Assembly (NCBI GenBank): GCA_038131365.1
Contig: JAYPPH010000006.1
Span: 120,971 to 184,970, forward strand
Direction of reading: 5' to 3'
Length of the DNA: 64,000 nucleotides
Source of the DNA: Candidatus Marisalimonas marina
GTDB taxonomy: Bacteria; Pseudomonadota; Alphaproteobacteria; Puniceispirillales; Marisalimonadaceae
The translations under genes were made by a program, and so were the position numbers. Under the pieces are notes generated by a model. It was not told the origin of the DNA, did no database searches, and saw only the letters and a list, made by a program, of their open reading frames with translations. Positions 17,976 through 30,137 of the stretch are shown here, one piece after another. The first letter of the stretch is position 1. The number at the start of each line of letters is the position of its first letter.

Positions 17976-19322
17976 ATGCCAAGGTTAGAAAAAGAAGACC
18001 TTCTCAAATGGTTTCAAGCAGGAGAAAAACCTAGAGAAAAATGGAAAATAGGAACTGAGCACGAGAAGTTTGTTTTTCACAAAGAAACATTTGAACGTGT
18101 CGGCTACTCAGGTAAATCTGGAATAAGCGATCTTTTGAATAAACTAGCCCACGAAAACAATTGGGAAAAAATTTTAGAGAAAAATAATACCATAGCTTTA
18201 AAAGATGAAACAGGCGCATCGATATCCTTAGAACCAGGTGGACAACTAGAATTATCAGGCACTCCTCTAGAAAATTTGCATCAAACATGTAAAGAGACTG
18301 GCAAACATTTAAATATGATGAAGATAGCCATGAAGGATCTAGATTTATCAATGATTGGTTTAGGTTATGACCCTAAATGGTCTCGTTCCGATCAAAAATG
18401 GATGCCAAAGGGAAGATATGAAATTATGAGAAATCATATGCCTAAAGTAGGTAAACTTGGATTAGATATGATGCTCAGAACTTGTACTATCCAAGTAAAT
18501 CTTGATTATCTAAATGAAAAAGACATGATACAAAAATTCCAAATCTCATTGGCTCTTCAATCTATTGCAACTGCTATTTTTGCTAACTCTCCTTTTATAG
18601 AAGGAAAGCAGAGTGGTTATTTATCCTCTAGAGCAATGGTTTGGACAGATACTGACCCTTATAGGACTGGGGTTCCTCAAATAGTTTTTGATGATGATTT
18701 TGGGTATTCTAAGTGGTTGGAATATGTTCTAGAAGTTCCAATGTATTTTGTTTACAGGGAAGGTAAATATATAGACGTTGCCGGACATTCTTTTTTAGAT
18801 TTTATGAATGGAAATTTAGAGGGTTTTGAAGGACAGTACCCAACAATAAAAGATTGGGAAGACCATATAACTGTTCCATTTCCAGAGGTAAGGTTAAAGC
18901 AATATTTAGAAATGAGAGGAGCAGATGGTGGTCCTTGGAATATCATTTGTGCCTTACCTGCTTTGTGGGTTGGTTTATTATATGATCCTCAGTCTCAACA
19001 GGAAGCTTATGATCTAGCAAGGCCTTTTATGAATTCAAAAATTCTTGAAGAAGGACGAATTTCGGCTGCTAAATTTGCTCTTGGAGGAAACATTAATAAT
19101 GTATCTATACATGATATAGCTTTAGAAATGTTAAGAATTTCTAGTGAAGGGCTAAAAAGACGCAATAAGTTAGATAGTAGAGGAATTGATGAAAGGCAAT
19201 TTCTAGACCCGTTATTCAATATTGTTAACAATAAAAAAACAGGTGCTGAAATTTTATTAGAAAAATATCACAAATCTTGGGATACAAAAATAGATAACAT
19301 CTTTATAGAAGATGCTTTTTAA
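17976..19322 (+). CDS. gshA: Glutamate-cysteine ligase (plant-like alphaproteobacterial type)
   Basis: IGTEHEKF, SLEPGGQLELSG, MPKGRY, MMLRTCTIQVNLD, FPEVRLKQYLEMRGADGGP. Confidence 0.95.
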   Translation: MPRLEKEDLLKWFQAGEKPREKWKIGTEHEKFVFHKETFERVGYSGKSGISDLLNKLAHENNWEKILEKNNTIALKDETGASISLEPGGQLELSGTPLENLHQTCKETGKHLNMMKIAMKDLDLSMIGLGYDPKWSRSDQKWMPKGRYEIMRNHMPKVGKLGLDMMLRTCTIQVNLDYLNEKDMIQKFQISLALQSIATAIFANSPFIEGKQSGYLSSRAMVWTDTDPYRTGVPQIVFDDDFGYSKWLEYVLEVPMYFVYREGKYIDVAGHSFLDFMNGNLEGFEGQYPTIKDWEDHITVPFPEVRLKQYLEMRGADGGPWNIICALPALWVGLLYDPQSQQEAYDLARPFMNSKILEEGRISAAKFALGGNINNVSIHDIALEMLRISSEGLKRRNKLDSRGIDERQFLDPLFNIVNNKKTGAEILLEKYHKSWDTKIDNIFIEDAF

Positions 19323-19329
19323 AAGTTAA

Positions 19330-20778
19330 CTAATTAGTATCTGTTCCGCCTATTGTAATTCCACCCATTAGCAAGGTTGGTTGACCGACCCCCACGGGAA
19401 CACCTTGTCCATCTTTTCCACAAGTACCAATTCCATCATCTAAAGATAAATCATTTCCAATAAGTGAGATTTTAGACATGGCATCTGGACCATTGCCAAT
19501 TAATGTGGCTCCCTTAAGAGGCTGTTTAACTTTCCCATTTTCTACCAAGTATGCTTCAGATGCTGAGAAAACAAACTTTCCATTTGTTATATCTACTTGG
19601 CCTCCAGCAAAATTTACAGCATATATACCTTTTTTAACTGAATTAATAATTTCTTGCGGTTCCATTGTCCCATTATCCATGAATGTGTTTGTCATTCTTG
19701 GCATTGGATAATGCGAGTAAGATTGTCTGCGGCCGTTTCCAGTAGGTTCCATTTTCATTAATCTAGCATTCTGTCTGTCTTGCATATAATTTCTAAGAAT
19801 ACCGTCCTCGATTAAAATATTTTTCTTAGATTTTGTACCTTCATCATCTATCGTGATAGAGCCTCTTTTGTTTTCAATTGTTCCGTCATCAATAACTGTA
19901 ACACCTTTAGCTGTTACTTTTTCACCAATTTTACCTGAAAAAATAGAAGTACCTTTTCTGTTAAAGTCTCCTTCAAGACCATGTCCAACAGCTTCATGAA
20001 GCATAACTCCTGGCCATCCAGGACCCAAGATAACTGGCATTTCTCCAGCTGGTGTTGGAATGGATTCAAGATTAGTATTAGCTATCCGAAGAGCTTCTTT
20101 GACTTGTCCTTTCCACCTATCTTTATTAATCCACTCTTCATAGAGACCTCTTCCACCACAACCAGAGCTGCCTGTTTCACGTCTTCCGTTCTTTTGTACA
20201 ACCAATGATACATTAAGTCGAATGAGAGGTCTAATATCAGCAACCCTCTCACCATCAGCTCTTAATATTTGAATGGCTTGGTATGATGCTGCAATAGAAG
20301 CAGATACCTGAACTACATTACTATCTAATGACCTAGCATAACTATCAATTTCTTCTAAGAGCTTTGTTTTGACCGCAAAAGCAGTTTCTTCAAGTGGGTT
20401 TACAGATGTATAAAGAGGCCTGTTAACTCCGTAAGTTGTTATCGGGGCCATTATGCCTGAGTAGTTTTTTGAAACAGATTTTACAGTTTCTGATGCTCTT
20501 TTTAGAGAAGACTCTGAGATTTCACCTGAGTGTGCAAACCCTCTTGCTTCACCTGCGATTGCTCTAAGGCCAAAACCTTTAGTGCTATCATATGAGATAT
20601 TTTTCATCCTTCCATCATCAAAAGAAAAGGACTCAGATCTAGTCGATTCTAAATATAATTCTCCATCGTCAGCATTTTCCAGGGTTTTTGATAATATAGA
20701 TTGAGCTTTTGTAAGATCAAAATCATTATCTTCATAAAAAATTTTATCTGTTATTTCTAAAGGTGATTTATTTTGCAT
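19330..20778 (-). CDS. tldD: Metalloprotease TldD (likely start MQNKSP at 20778)
   Basis: LHEAVGHGLEGDFNRKG, DDEG, MPRMTNT, GTCGKDGQGVPVGVGQPT. Confidence 0.95.
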   Translation of the reverse strand: MQNKSPLEITDKIFYEDNDFDLTKAQSILSKTLENADDGELYLESTRSESFSFDDGRMKNISYDSTKGFGLRAIAGEARGFAHSGEISESSLKRASETVKSVSKNYSGIMAPITTYGVNRPLYTSVNPLEETAFAVKTKLLEEIDSYARSLDSNVVQVSASIAASYQAIQILRADGERVADIRPLIRLNVSLVVQKNGRRETGSSGCGGRGLYEEWINKDRWKGQVKEALRIANTNLESIPTPAGEMPVILGPGWPGVMLHEAVGHGLEGDFNRKGTSIFSGKIGEKVTAKGVTVIDDGTIENKRGSITIDDEGTKSKKNILIEDGILRNYMQDRQNARLMKMEPTGNGRRQSYSHYPMPRMTNTFMDNGTMEPQEIINSVKKGIYAVNFAGGQVDITNGKFVFSASEAYLVENGKVKQPLKGATLIGNGPDAMSKISLIGNDLSLDDGIGTCGKDGQGVPVGVGQPTLLMGGITIGGTDTN

Positions 20779-21047
20779 TATTAAACCTGATTTTAATTTC
20801 TGAACTAATAATAAAATGGCAGTATTGTTTCTATTCTGCAAGGTTTAACACAAAATAAAGTTTTACGGTATTTCAGGTTGAATTTTAATTGATTTTTTAA
20901 AATTATTTGTTTTTAGATCTAGTATTTTTGTTAAAAAAGTTTTAAGTAATAAATATAAAATAATGATAAAAATCATTTTAATTTTTAGCAATAAACTTCC
21001 TTAATAACAGTGGATTGTTTCAAGTTAAAGTTTGAGGAGTAAACATA

Positions 21048-23542
<2,495 letters not shown>

Positions 23543-23559
23543 TGATTAGCTAATAAGAT

Positions 23560-24486
23560 ATGTCCGTAAGTACCACTAATACCAATAGCGTAATCGAAGG
23601 TTACGAAAACCTAAGTTCGCCATTAGATTATTTTAGGTTAATGAAACCTAGAGTAATGTCCCTTGTGGTTTTTACAGCTTTTGTAGGTTATTATGTATCT
23701 ACACCAGAGAGTGGATATTATTTAAACCCTTTTTTAGCTTCTATAGGTATATTGGCTATAGCGCTTGGTGCTGGCGCATCTGGTGTGCTCAACCAATGGT
23801 ATGACAGAGATATTGATAAATTAATGGAGAGGACTAAAGATAGGCCTATTCCTCAAGGTAAAATCATTCCATCAGAAGCTCTGTCCTTTGGTATGATAAT
23901 ATCTGTTTTATCTATTATCATTTTAGGTTTATCTGTAAATTGGATGGCTGCCGGGTTACTAGCTTTTACAATATTTTTTTATGCCGTAATCTACACAATT
24001 TGGTTAAAACGAACTACAGCTCAAAATATTGTGATCGGGGGTGCGGCTGGTGCGTTTCCTCCTGTAATAGGTCAAATTTGTGCGACCGGTTACATTGGTA
24101 TGGAGTCGCTTATATTATTTTTAATTATTTTCTTATGGACGCCCCCACATTTTTGGGCGTTAGCGTTAATTAAAAAAGAAGATTACGTTAAAGCAAACAT
24201 TCCAATGCTTCCTATCGTTCATGGTGATGAGGCAACAAAGAAAAATATTTTCATCTACACCTGTCTACTTATTCCCTCATCTATTTTGCCTTGGGTTTTA
24301 GGCTACTCTGGGTTGATTTATCTTATAGTAGCAAGTCTTTGTGGCCTTGAGTTTTTCAGAAGATCATTATTGATATTTAAAAAAGATAATGGAGCTGAAA
24401 AAAAACTCTTTTTATATTCTATATTCTATCTAAGTGTAATTTTTACTGGTATTTGTTTGGATAAACTAATTGGATTGGGATTGTAG
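23560..24486 (+). CDS. ctaB: Protoheme IX farnesyltransferase (heme o synthase)
   Basis: LMKPRVMSLVVFT, YDRDID, RTKDRPIP, NIVIGGAAGAFPP, WTPPHFWALA. Confidence 0.95.
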   Translation: MSVSTTNTNSVIEGYENLSSPLDYFRLMKPRVMSLVVFTAFVGYYVSTPESGYYLNPFLASIGILAIALGAGASGVLNQWYDRDIDKLMERTKDRPIPQGKIIPSEALSFGMIISVLSIIILGLSVNWMAAGLLAFTIFFYAVIYTIWLKRTTAQNIVIGGAAGAFPPVIGQICATGYIGMESLILFLIIFLWTPPHFWALALIKKEDYVKANIPMLPIVHGDEATKKNIFIYTCLLIPSSILPWVLGYSGLIYLIVASLCGLEFFRRSLLIFKKDNGAEKKLFLYSIFYLSVIFTGICLDKLIGLGL

Positions 24487-24494
24487 TATTTATT

Positions 24495-24638
24495 ATGAAA
24501 ACTAGTAAAAAAGATGATGATATAAAAGCTTTCTATGAAAATAGAAAATCAAAAAATATTGCTATTTTTAGCATAATAATTTTCATGGTCGTTCTTTTCT
24601 TTTTTATTACTATTTTGAGGATGGATATTACAGGGTAA
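24495..24638 (+). CDS. Small single-TM protein between ctaB and ctaG (CoxF-like), not in ORF track
   Basis: Hand translation MKTSKKDDDIKAFYENRKSKNIAIFSIIIFMVVLFFFITILRMDITG*; its stop TAA abuts the ctaG ATG. Confidence 0.7.
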   Translation: MKTSKKDDDIKAFYENRKSKNIAIFSIIIFMVVLFFFITILRMDITG

Positions 24639-25178
24639 ATGACTGTTAGTTTATCAAAGAAAAATAATAATGCTCTTTTGTGGACCTCGTTAATTGTAAT
24701 ATTCATGTTAGGTTTATCTTTTGCCTCTGTTCCATTATATGATTTGTTCTGTAGAGTTACTGGCTATGCAGGAACGGTTCAGAGAGCATCCATTGCGCCT
24801 GGTTCAAATGGCCAATATAATAATGTTCAGATAAGATTTGATTCTAATATATCTTCTGATTTGAATTGGGAGTTTAGTGCTCCAAAACAAGAAATTTTAG
24901 TCCAACCAGGCGTTCAAGAAATAATTTATTATACCGCAAAAAATTTGTCCGATAAGCCGACTACTGGCACAGCAGTGTTTAATGTTTCTCCACCGAAAGC
25001 AGGAAGTGTTTTTATGAAAGTTGATTGTTTTTGCTTTGTTGAACAAACTCTACAGCCGGGTGAAGAAGTTAAAATGCCTGTTTCATTTTATGTTGATCCA
25101 AGTATTAGCGAAGATGAAAATACTAAGAACTTAAAAGAAATTACTTTGTCATACACTTTCTTTAGTGCTGAAAAATAG
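24639..25178 (+). CDS. ctaG: Cytochrome c oxidase assembly protein CtaG/Cox11
   Basis: SFASVPLYDLFCRVTGYAG, KVDCFCFVEQTL, ITLSYTFF. Confidence 0.95.
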   Translation: MTVSLSKKNNNALLWTSLIVIFMLGLSFASVPLYDLFCRVTGYAGTVQRASIAPGSNGQYNNVQIRFDSNISSDLNWEFSAPKQEILVQPGVQEIIYYTAKNLSDKPTTGTAVFNVSPPKAGSVFMKVDCFCFVEQTLQPGEEVKMPVSFYVDPSISEDENTKNLKEITLSYTFFSAEK

Positions 25179-25277
25179 ATTAAAGGTTGGAATAATTAAA
25201 AGAGATAAAAATTTATTGGACTAAATTACGTTTAAATATATAAAATTAAATGATCATAAGTAAGTAAGGAGATATAA

Positions 25278-26063
25278 ATGAGCGGCGATCAAAAACATCA
25301 ATATCATTTAGTAGAGCCAAGCCCATGGCCTGCTTTAGGTTCAGCTGCCGGTTTCACCTTGTTTTTAGGATTAACGTTGTTTATGCATGAATATCCCTAT
25401 TCTCTGTATGTTTTAGGGGCAGGCGTATTTATGGTATTAGCCACAATGTTTTATTGGTGGCGTGATGTTGTAAGAGAAGCCGAATATCAAGGTCATCATA
25501 CTCCAATTGTTCAAATTGGAATGAGATATGGTATGATTTTCTTTATATGTTCAGAGGTAATGTTCTTTGTTGCCTTTTTTTGGGCATTCTTTGACTCAAG
25601 TTTATATCCTGACACTGGGGTATGGCCACCAGAGGGTATTGAAGCTTTAGATCCATTTGATTTACCTTTGATAAATACTCTTATTCTTCTTTTATCTGGA
25701 TGCACAGTTACATGGTCTCACCATGCATTGCAGCATAATAATAGGAAAGATTTTATAAGAGGTCTTGTATTAACAATAATTTTAGGAGCTATATTTACGT
25801 TTGTGCAGGCTTATGAATATAATCATGCAACTTTTGGCTTTACTGATGGTATATATGCTTCCACCTTTTATATGGCTACTGGCTTTCATGGTTTTCATGT
25901 TTTAGTTGGTACTATTTTCTTAACTGTCTGTTTATTCAGAGGTTTAAAAGGTCATTTTACTGCTGACCATCATTTTGGTTTTGAAGCAGCTGCATGGTAT
26001 TGGCATTTTGTTGATGTTGTGTGGTTATTCTTATTTGTTTGTATTTACTGGTGGGGTGCTTGA
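25278..26063 (+). CDS. coxC: Cytochrome c oxidase subunit III
   Basis: HQYHLVEPSPWP, FICSEVMFF, TGFHGFHV, WYWHFVDVVW. Confidence 0.97.
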   Translation: MSGDQKHQYHLVEPSPWPALGSAAGFTLFLGLTLFMHEYPYSLYVLGAGVFMVLATMFYWWRDVVREAEYQGHHTPIVQIGMRYGMIFFICSEVMFFVAFFWAFFDSSLYPDTGVWPPEGIEALDPFDLPLINTLILLLSGCTVTWSHHALQHNNRKDFIRGLVLTIILGAIFTFVQAYEYNHATFGFTDGIYASTFYMATGFHGFHVLVGTIFLTVCLFRGLKGHFTADHHFGFEAAAWYWHFVDVVWLFLFVCIYWWGA

Positions 26064-26110
26064 TAAGTATTGGTAAATACTTATTCACTATTGGAGCATT
26101 TTATTAACAA

Positions 26111-26845
26111 ATGAATATAATTTTTAAGCCAATGTTTTGGCCATCGATATTTTCTTTTTTTGTTTTTGTTATGCTTCTGAGTTTTGGAACTTGGCAAGTA
26201 AAAAGGTTATATTGGAAAGAAGCGTTAATAGAGAGATATTTAGAGCAAAGCCAATCTAATCCTGTCGTTAATCCATCAGATTTAAAAATAAATAATATTA
26301 ATGAATTTAAATCTATCCAGTTCAAAGGTAATTTTCTGCATGAGAATGAAATTTATATAACTGGGAAAACATATGAAGGTAATGCAGGCTTTCATGTTGT
26401 TACACCCTTTAAATTAACAAATGAAAAAATCATTCTTGTTAATAGAGGTTGGGTATCAGAAGGATATAAAGATCCACAAAAAAGAAAATTTAGTCTTTTC
26501 CCTGACCAATTGACTATAAAAGGTATAATAAGATATCCACAAAAAAAAGGTTATTTTGTCCCAGAAAATGATGGCACGAATGGCTTCTGGTTTACTATAA
26601 AACCAGTTGAGATTTTTAAGTTTTTAAATATCAACGATAATGATTTTATTCCTGATTACTATATTGATGCTCTCAGGGTTGGAGAAAAAATGACACTTCC
26701 AATTGGTGTCAGCGGAAAGCCAAAACTAAGAAATCAACATTTATCTTATGCGATAACATGGTATGGTTTGGCATTATCTCTTTTAATTGTTTATTTTTCT
26801 TACCATGCATCACATGGAAGGTTCAAAATTAAAAAGAAAGATTAG
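26111..26845 (+). CDS. surf1: SURF1/Shy1 family protein
   Basis: SFGTWQVKRLYWK, ILVNRGWV, NQHLSYAITWYGL. Confidence 0.92.
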   Translation: MNIIFKPMFWPSIFSFFVFVMLLSFGTWQVKRLYWKEALIERYLEQSQSNPVVNPSDLKINNINEFKSIQFKGNFLHENEIYITGKTYEGNAGFHVVTPFKLTNEKIILVNRGWVSEGYKDPQKRKFSLFPDQLTIKGIIRYPQKKGYFVPENDGTNGFWFTIKPVEIFKFLNINDNDFIPDYYIDALRVGEKMTLPIGVSGKPKLRNQHLSYAITWYGLALSLLIVYFSYHASHGRFKIKKKD

Positions 26846-26846
26846 C

Positions 26847-28266
26847 ATGTCGAAACAGATTAAATATTCAAGTACAAGAGGTGGAGAATCTTCATTAACC
26901 TATGAAGATGTTCTTCTATCAGGATTAGCGAGAGATGGTGGTCTATTTATGCCTGAAGAATGGCCTCACTTTAGCTATTCTGAGTTAGAAGAAATGAAAA
27001 CCTTAGATTATGCAGAATTAGCAACAAAAATTATGAAGCCATTCATTGAGCCATGTCTAAGTGAAAAAGAAATACTTGAAATATCTAAAGATACCTATTC
27101 CAGTTTTAATGAAGGTGTAGCTCCTTTATTTAATATCAAAAAGAATATTTATATATTAGAACTTTTTCATGGACCAACTTTTGCATTTAAAGATTATGCA
27201 ATGCAATTTTTGTCTAGAGCGTTTAATAAAGCTCTTCAAAAGCGAAATAAAAGAGGTGTTATTCTTGGCGCTACCAGTGGTGATACAGGCTCAGCAGCAT
27301 TGGAGGCATTTAAAGGACAAGATAATATAGACATCTTTATTCTTTTCCCTCACAAAAGAGTTTCTGAAGTTCAACAAAAACAAATGACTTATATCAATGA
27401 TCCTGGTGCATTTGCATTATCAGTGAAAACAGATTTTGATGGCTGTCAATCTATTGTAAAAGATTGTTTTGAAGATTTGATTTTTAAAGATCAAACCTCT
27501 TTATCTGCTATCAATTCAATTAATTGGGTCAGGTTATTACCTCAAATTGTTTATTATTTTTATTCTGCATTAAAAGTAGGTGCTCCTGAAAAGGAAATAA
27601 CATTTTCTGTTCCAACTGGGAATTTTGGTAATATTTTAGCAGGGTGGATGGCAAAAAAAATTGGATTACCTATTTCAAAATTAATTTGCGGATCTAATCA
27701 AAATGATATCCTAACTAGATTTTTTGAAAATGGTGTAATGGAAAGAAAAAGAGTTATTACATCTTTTAGTCCAAGTATGGATATCCAGGTTTCAAGTAAT
27801 TTTGAAAGGTTATTATATATAATCAATGAATTAGACACAGCTAAAGTTAAACAGCAGATGCTTGATTTTCAAAAATGAAGGTAAGTTTGAAATTACAAAA
27901 GAGCAGTTGTTAAATATTAATAAATTATTTGCAGCATATAAGATTACGGATGAGGAAACACTAACAATAATAAAAAGTGTATACCAAGACTATGACTATT
28001 TGTTGGACCCTCATAGCGCTATTGGTTACGGTGCACTTCAAAAAGCCATAGATAATAACATTATACAAGATAGCTCAACAATAATTTCTTTAGCATGCGC
28101 ACATCCCGCAAAATTTCCTGGAGTAATAAAGAAAAGTATTAACTCTTCACCTGAAACCCCTAGTAAACTTGAAAAAATTATGGCTAGTGAGGAGCATTTT
28201 GAAGTAATTGAAGCAAATTTGTCTAAGGTTCAAGAGTTTGTCAAATCAAAAATGAGATGCCAATGA
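26847..28266 (+). CDS. thrC: Threonine synthase, with apparent +1 frameshift at the A5 run 27871-27875
   Basis: YSSTRG, GLARDGGLFMPE, ELFHGPTFAFKD, ATSGDTGSAA, NSINWVR, VPTGNFGN, SPSMDIQVSSNFER. The C-terminal part (DPHSAIG, ACAHPAKF) lies in the next frame. Confidence 0.93.
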
Positions 28267-29519
28267 ATCTAGAATACAAAATACTAGATAATGGACTTAC
28301 CATTATAAATGACAAAATGAATGTTGATAGTAGTTCTGTTGGGGTTTGGATTGGATCTGGAAGCTCTAAGGAGAAAAAAAATCAATCTGGAATTGCCCAT
28401 ATGTTGGAGCACATGGCCTTTAAAGGAACGGTTAACAGAAGTGCTCAGCAAATAGCTCAAGAAATTGAAGATGTTGGTGGAGATATAAACGCATATACAA
28501 GCAAAGAAGTAACAGCATACTATTTAAAAGTTTTAAAAGAAAACACAGATTTAGGCATTGATATTTTATCTGATATATTAGTAAATCCTACTTTCCCAGA
28601 AGAAGAAATAGAAAGAGAAAGAGGAGTTATTATCTCAGAGATCGGACAGTCAATAGATTCACCAGATGATAAAGTTTTTGAAAATTTTAATTCTACGGCT
28701 TTTAAAGATCAATCCATTGGAAGGTCTATTTTAGGTACAAAGGAAACAGTTAGTGAATTCAAAAAAATTGATTTACAAGAATTTCTTTCAGCTAATTACG
28801 CTCCACAAAACATGGTCATTGTTTGTTCTGGAGATATAAATAGTGATTGGTTTTTTAAAACCATAGAAGAAAAATTTTTACATATTAAAAATAATTATAA
28901 ACCAAATAACATAATCCCTAAGTGGTCTTCAGGCTTTTGTGGTGAAGAAAGAGATTTGGAACAGACACAATTAGTATTTGGAATAGAGGGATTGAAAAAC
29001 TCTGATATAGATAGATACTCATTAAGGGCTCTAACTATTATACTTGGTGGTGGTATGTCATCAAGGCTGTTCCAAGAGATAAGAGAAAAGAAGGGGTTAT
29101 GCTATTCTATTTTTGCATTCAGTCAAATTCAAAAAACATTTGGAACTTTAGGATTTTATGCTGGTACCTCGCCTGATAATGTAGATGATTTAATTGATAC
29201 AAGCCTTAAAGAATTAAAAAAAATAAGACTATCTCTTTCTAATCATGAACTTTCTAGAGCGAAAGCACAGATGAAAGCAGGCTTTATTATGGGACAAGAA
29301 AGTAATTCTGCAAGAGCTGAATATCTAGCCAAATGTATGCTTGATTTTGGTAAGATAATAAAGAGTGAAGAAGTTAAAGAGAAGATTGAAAATATAACAA
29401 TAAATTCAATTTACCAAGTTGCTGATAAATTACTGACATCCTCAGATCCCGTCCTATCAATCATAGGGCCTGGTGCAGGTAAATATAAAAAATTAGGAAT
29501 GTCATCCTTATTAAATTAG
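28263..29519 (+). CDS. M16 family zinc peptidase (MPP-like)
   Basis: HMLEHMAFKGT inverted zinc motif, INAYTSKE, LGGGMSSRLFQEIREKKGLCYS. Confidence 0.92.
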   Translation: MNLEYKILDNGLTIINDKMNVDSSSVGVWIGSGSSKEKKNQSGIAHMLEHMAFKGTVNRSAQQIAQEIEDVGGDINAYTSKEVTAYYLKVLKENTDLGIDILSDILVNPTFPEEEIERERGVIISEIGQSIDSPDDKVFENFNSTAFKDQSIGRSILGTKETVSEFKKIDLQEFLSANYAPQNMVIVCSGDINSDWFFKTIEEKFLHIKNNYKPNNIIPKWSSGFCGEERDLEQTQLVFGIEGLKNSDIDRYSLRALTIILGGGMSSRLFQEIREKKGLCYSIFAFSQIQKTFGTLGFYAGTSPDNVDDLIDTSLKELKKIRLSLSNHELSRAKAQMKAGFIMGQESNSARAEYLAKCMLDFGKIIKSEEVKEKIENITINSIYQVADKLLTSSDPVLSIIGPGAGKYKKLGMSSLLN

Positions 29520-29523
29520 CTTT

Positions 29524-30084
29524 TTAAGCAGTCCCTGAGAATGATATCAATTTTTTTGGGTCTACCCCAATATTGACAAGCGATTTTTTCCATAATTCAG
29601 TTCCTAATTGTTTGTCGAAAATTATTTCTACTGAAGAATCTGAAATTAACCAAGAGTTTTCAAGAATTTCATTATTTAACTGATCATAGTCCCAAACAGC
29701 ACAACCAAGAAAAATTTTAGACAACTCAGGTGATTGGTTTTTAGATATGTCACTAAAAATTTCATTAGAGCTTGTAATCATTACATTATCTAAAACCGGA
29801 AAAGATGATGGGTACTTTTTATCATTGGAATGAAGAATAAAACCTTGATTTAAATGTACAGGACCACCAAAGAAAGTTGTTTTATTTTCAATGTTTTTAT
29901 TATTTTGAATTTTTAATTTTTTAAACATTTGGTGTATATCAAAATTGTAGAGGGGTTTATTTAAAATTAATCCCATCACAACATCTTTAGAATATTCACA
30001 AATTATTATAACAGAGTCTTGAAATCTCAAGTCTTGTAGTCCAGGTGAAGAAATTAAAAGTTTGCCCAATAGCTCTTGATGCAT
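29524..30084 (-). CDS. YqgE/AlgH family protein
   Basis: GKLLISSP, F..SVIIIC, MGLILNKP, GGPV, GFILHS, W...QL..EI..NSW. Confidence 0.88.
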   Translation of the reverse strand: MHQELLGKLLISSPGLQDLRFQDSVIIICEYSKDVVMGLILNKPLYNFDIHQMFKKLKIQNNKNIENKTTFFGGPVHLNQGFILHSNDKKYPSSFPVLDNVMITSSNEIFSDISKNQSPELSKIFLGCAVWDYDQLNNEILENSWLISDSSVEIIFDKQLGTELWKKSLVNIGVDPKKLISFSGTA

Positions 30085-30137
30085 ATATATATATCCAATA
30101 TATTCATTAGTTATTTAATAATATCTGAAAACTAAAT

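Noticed and set aside
17976-19322. GshA keeps the two Cys (LHQTC, IICALP) that form the regulatory disulfide in plant enzymes
   Set aside because: Common in proteobacterial GCLs of this type; not novel.
20960-20979. ATAATGAT-AAAA-ATCATTTT upstream of coxB, resembling Fur half-sites
   Set aside because: Spacer is 4 nt rather than 1 and one arm is imperfect; in AT-rich DNA this is weak evidence.
26063-26084. ATAAGTATT-ggta-AATACTTAT inverted repeat after coxC
   Set aside because: AT-rich stem without a U tract; may stabilise mRNA but cannot be called a terminator.
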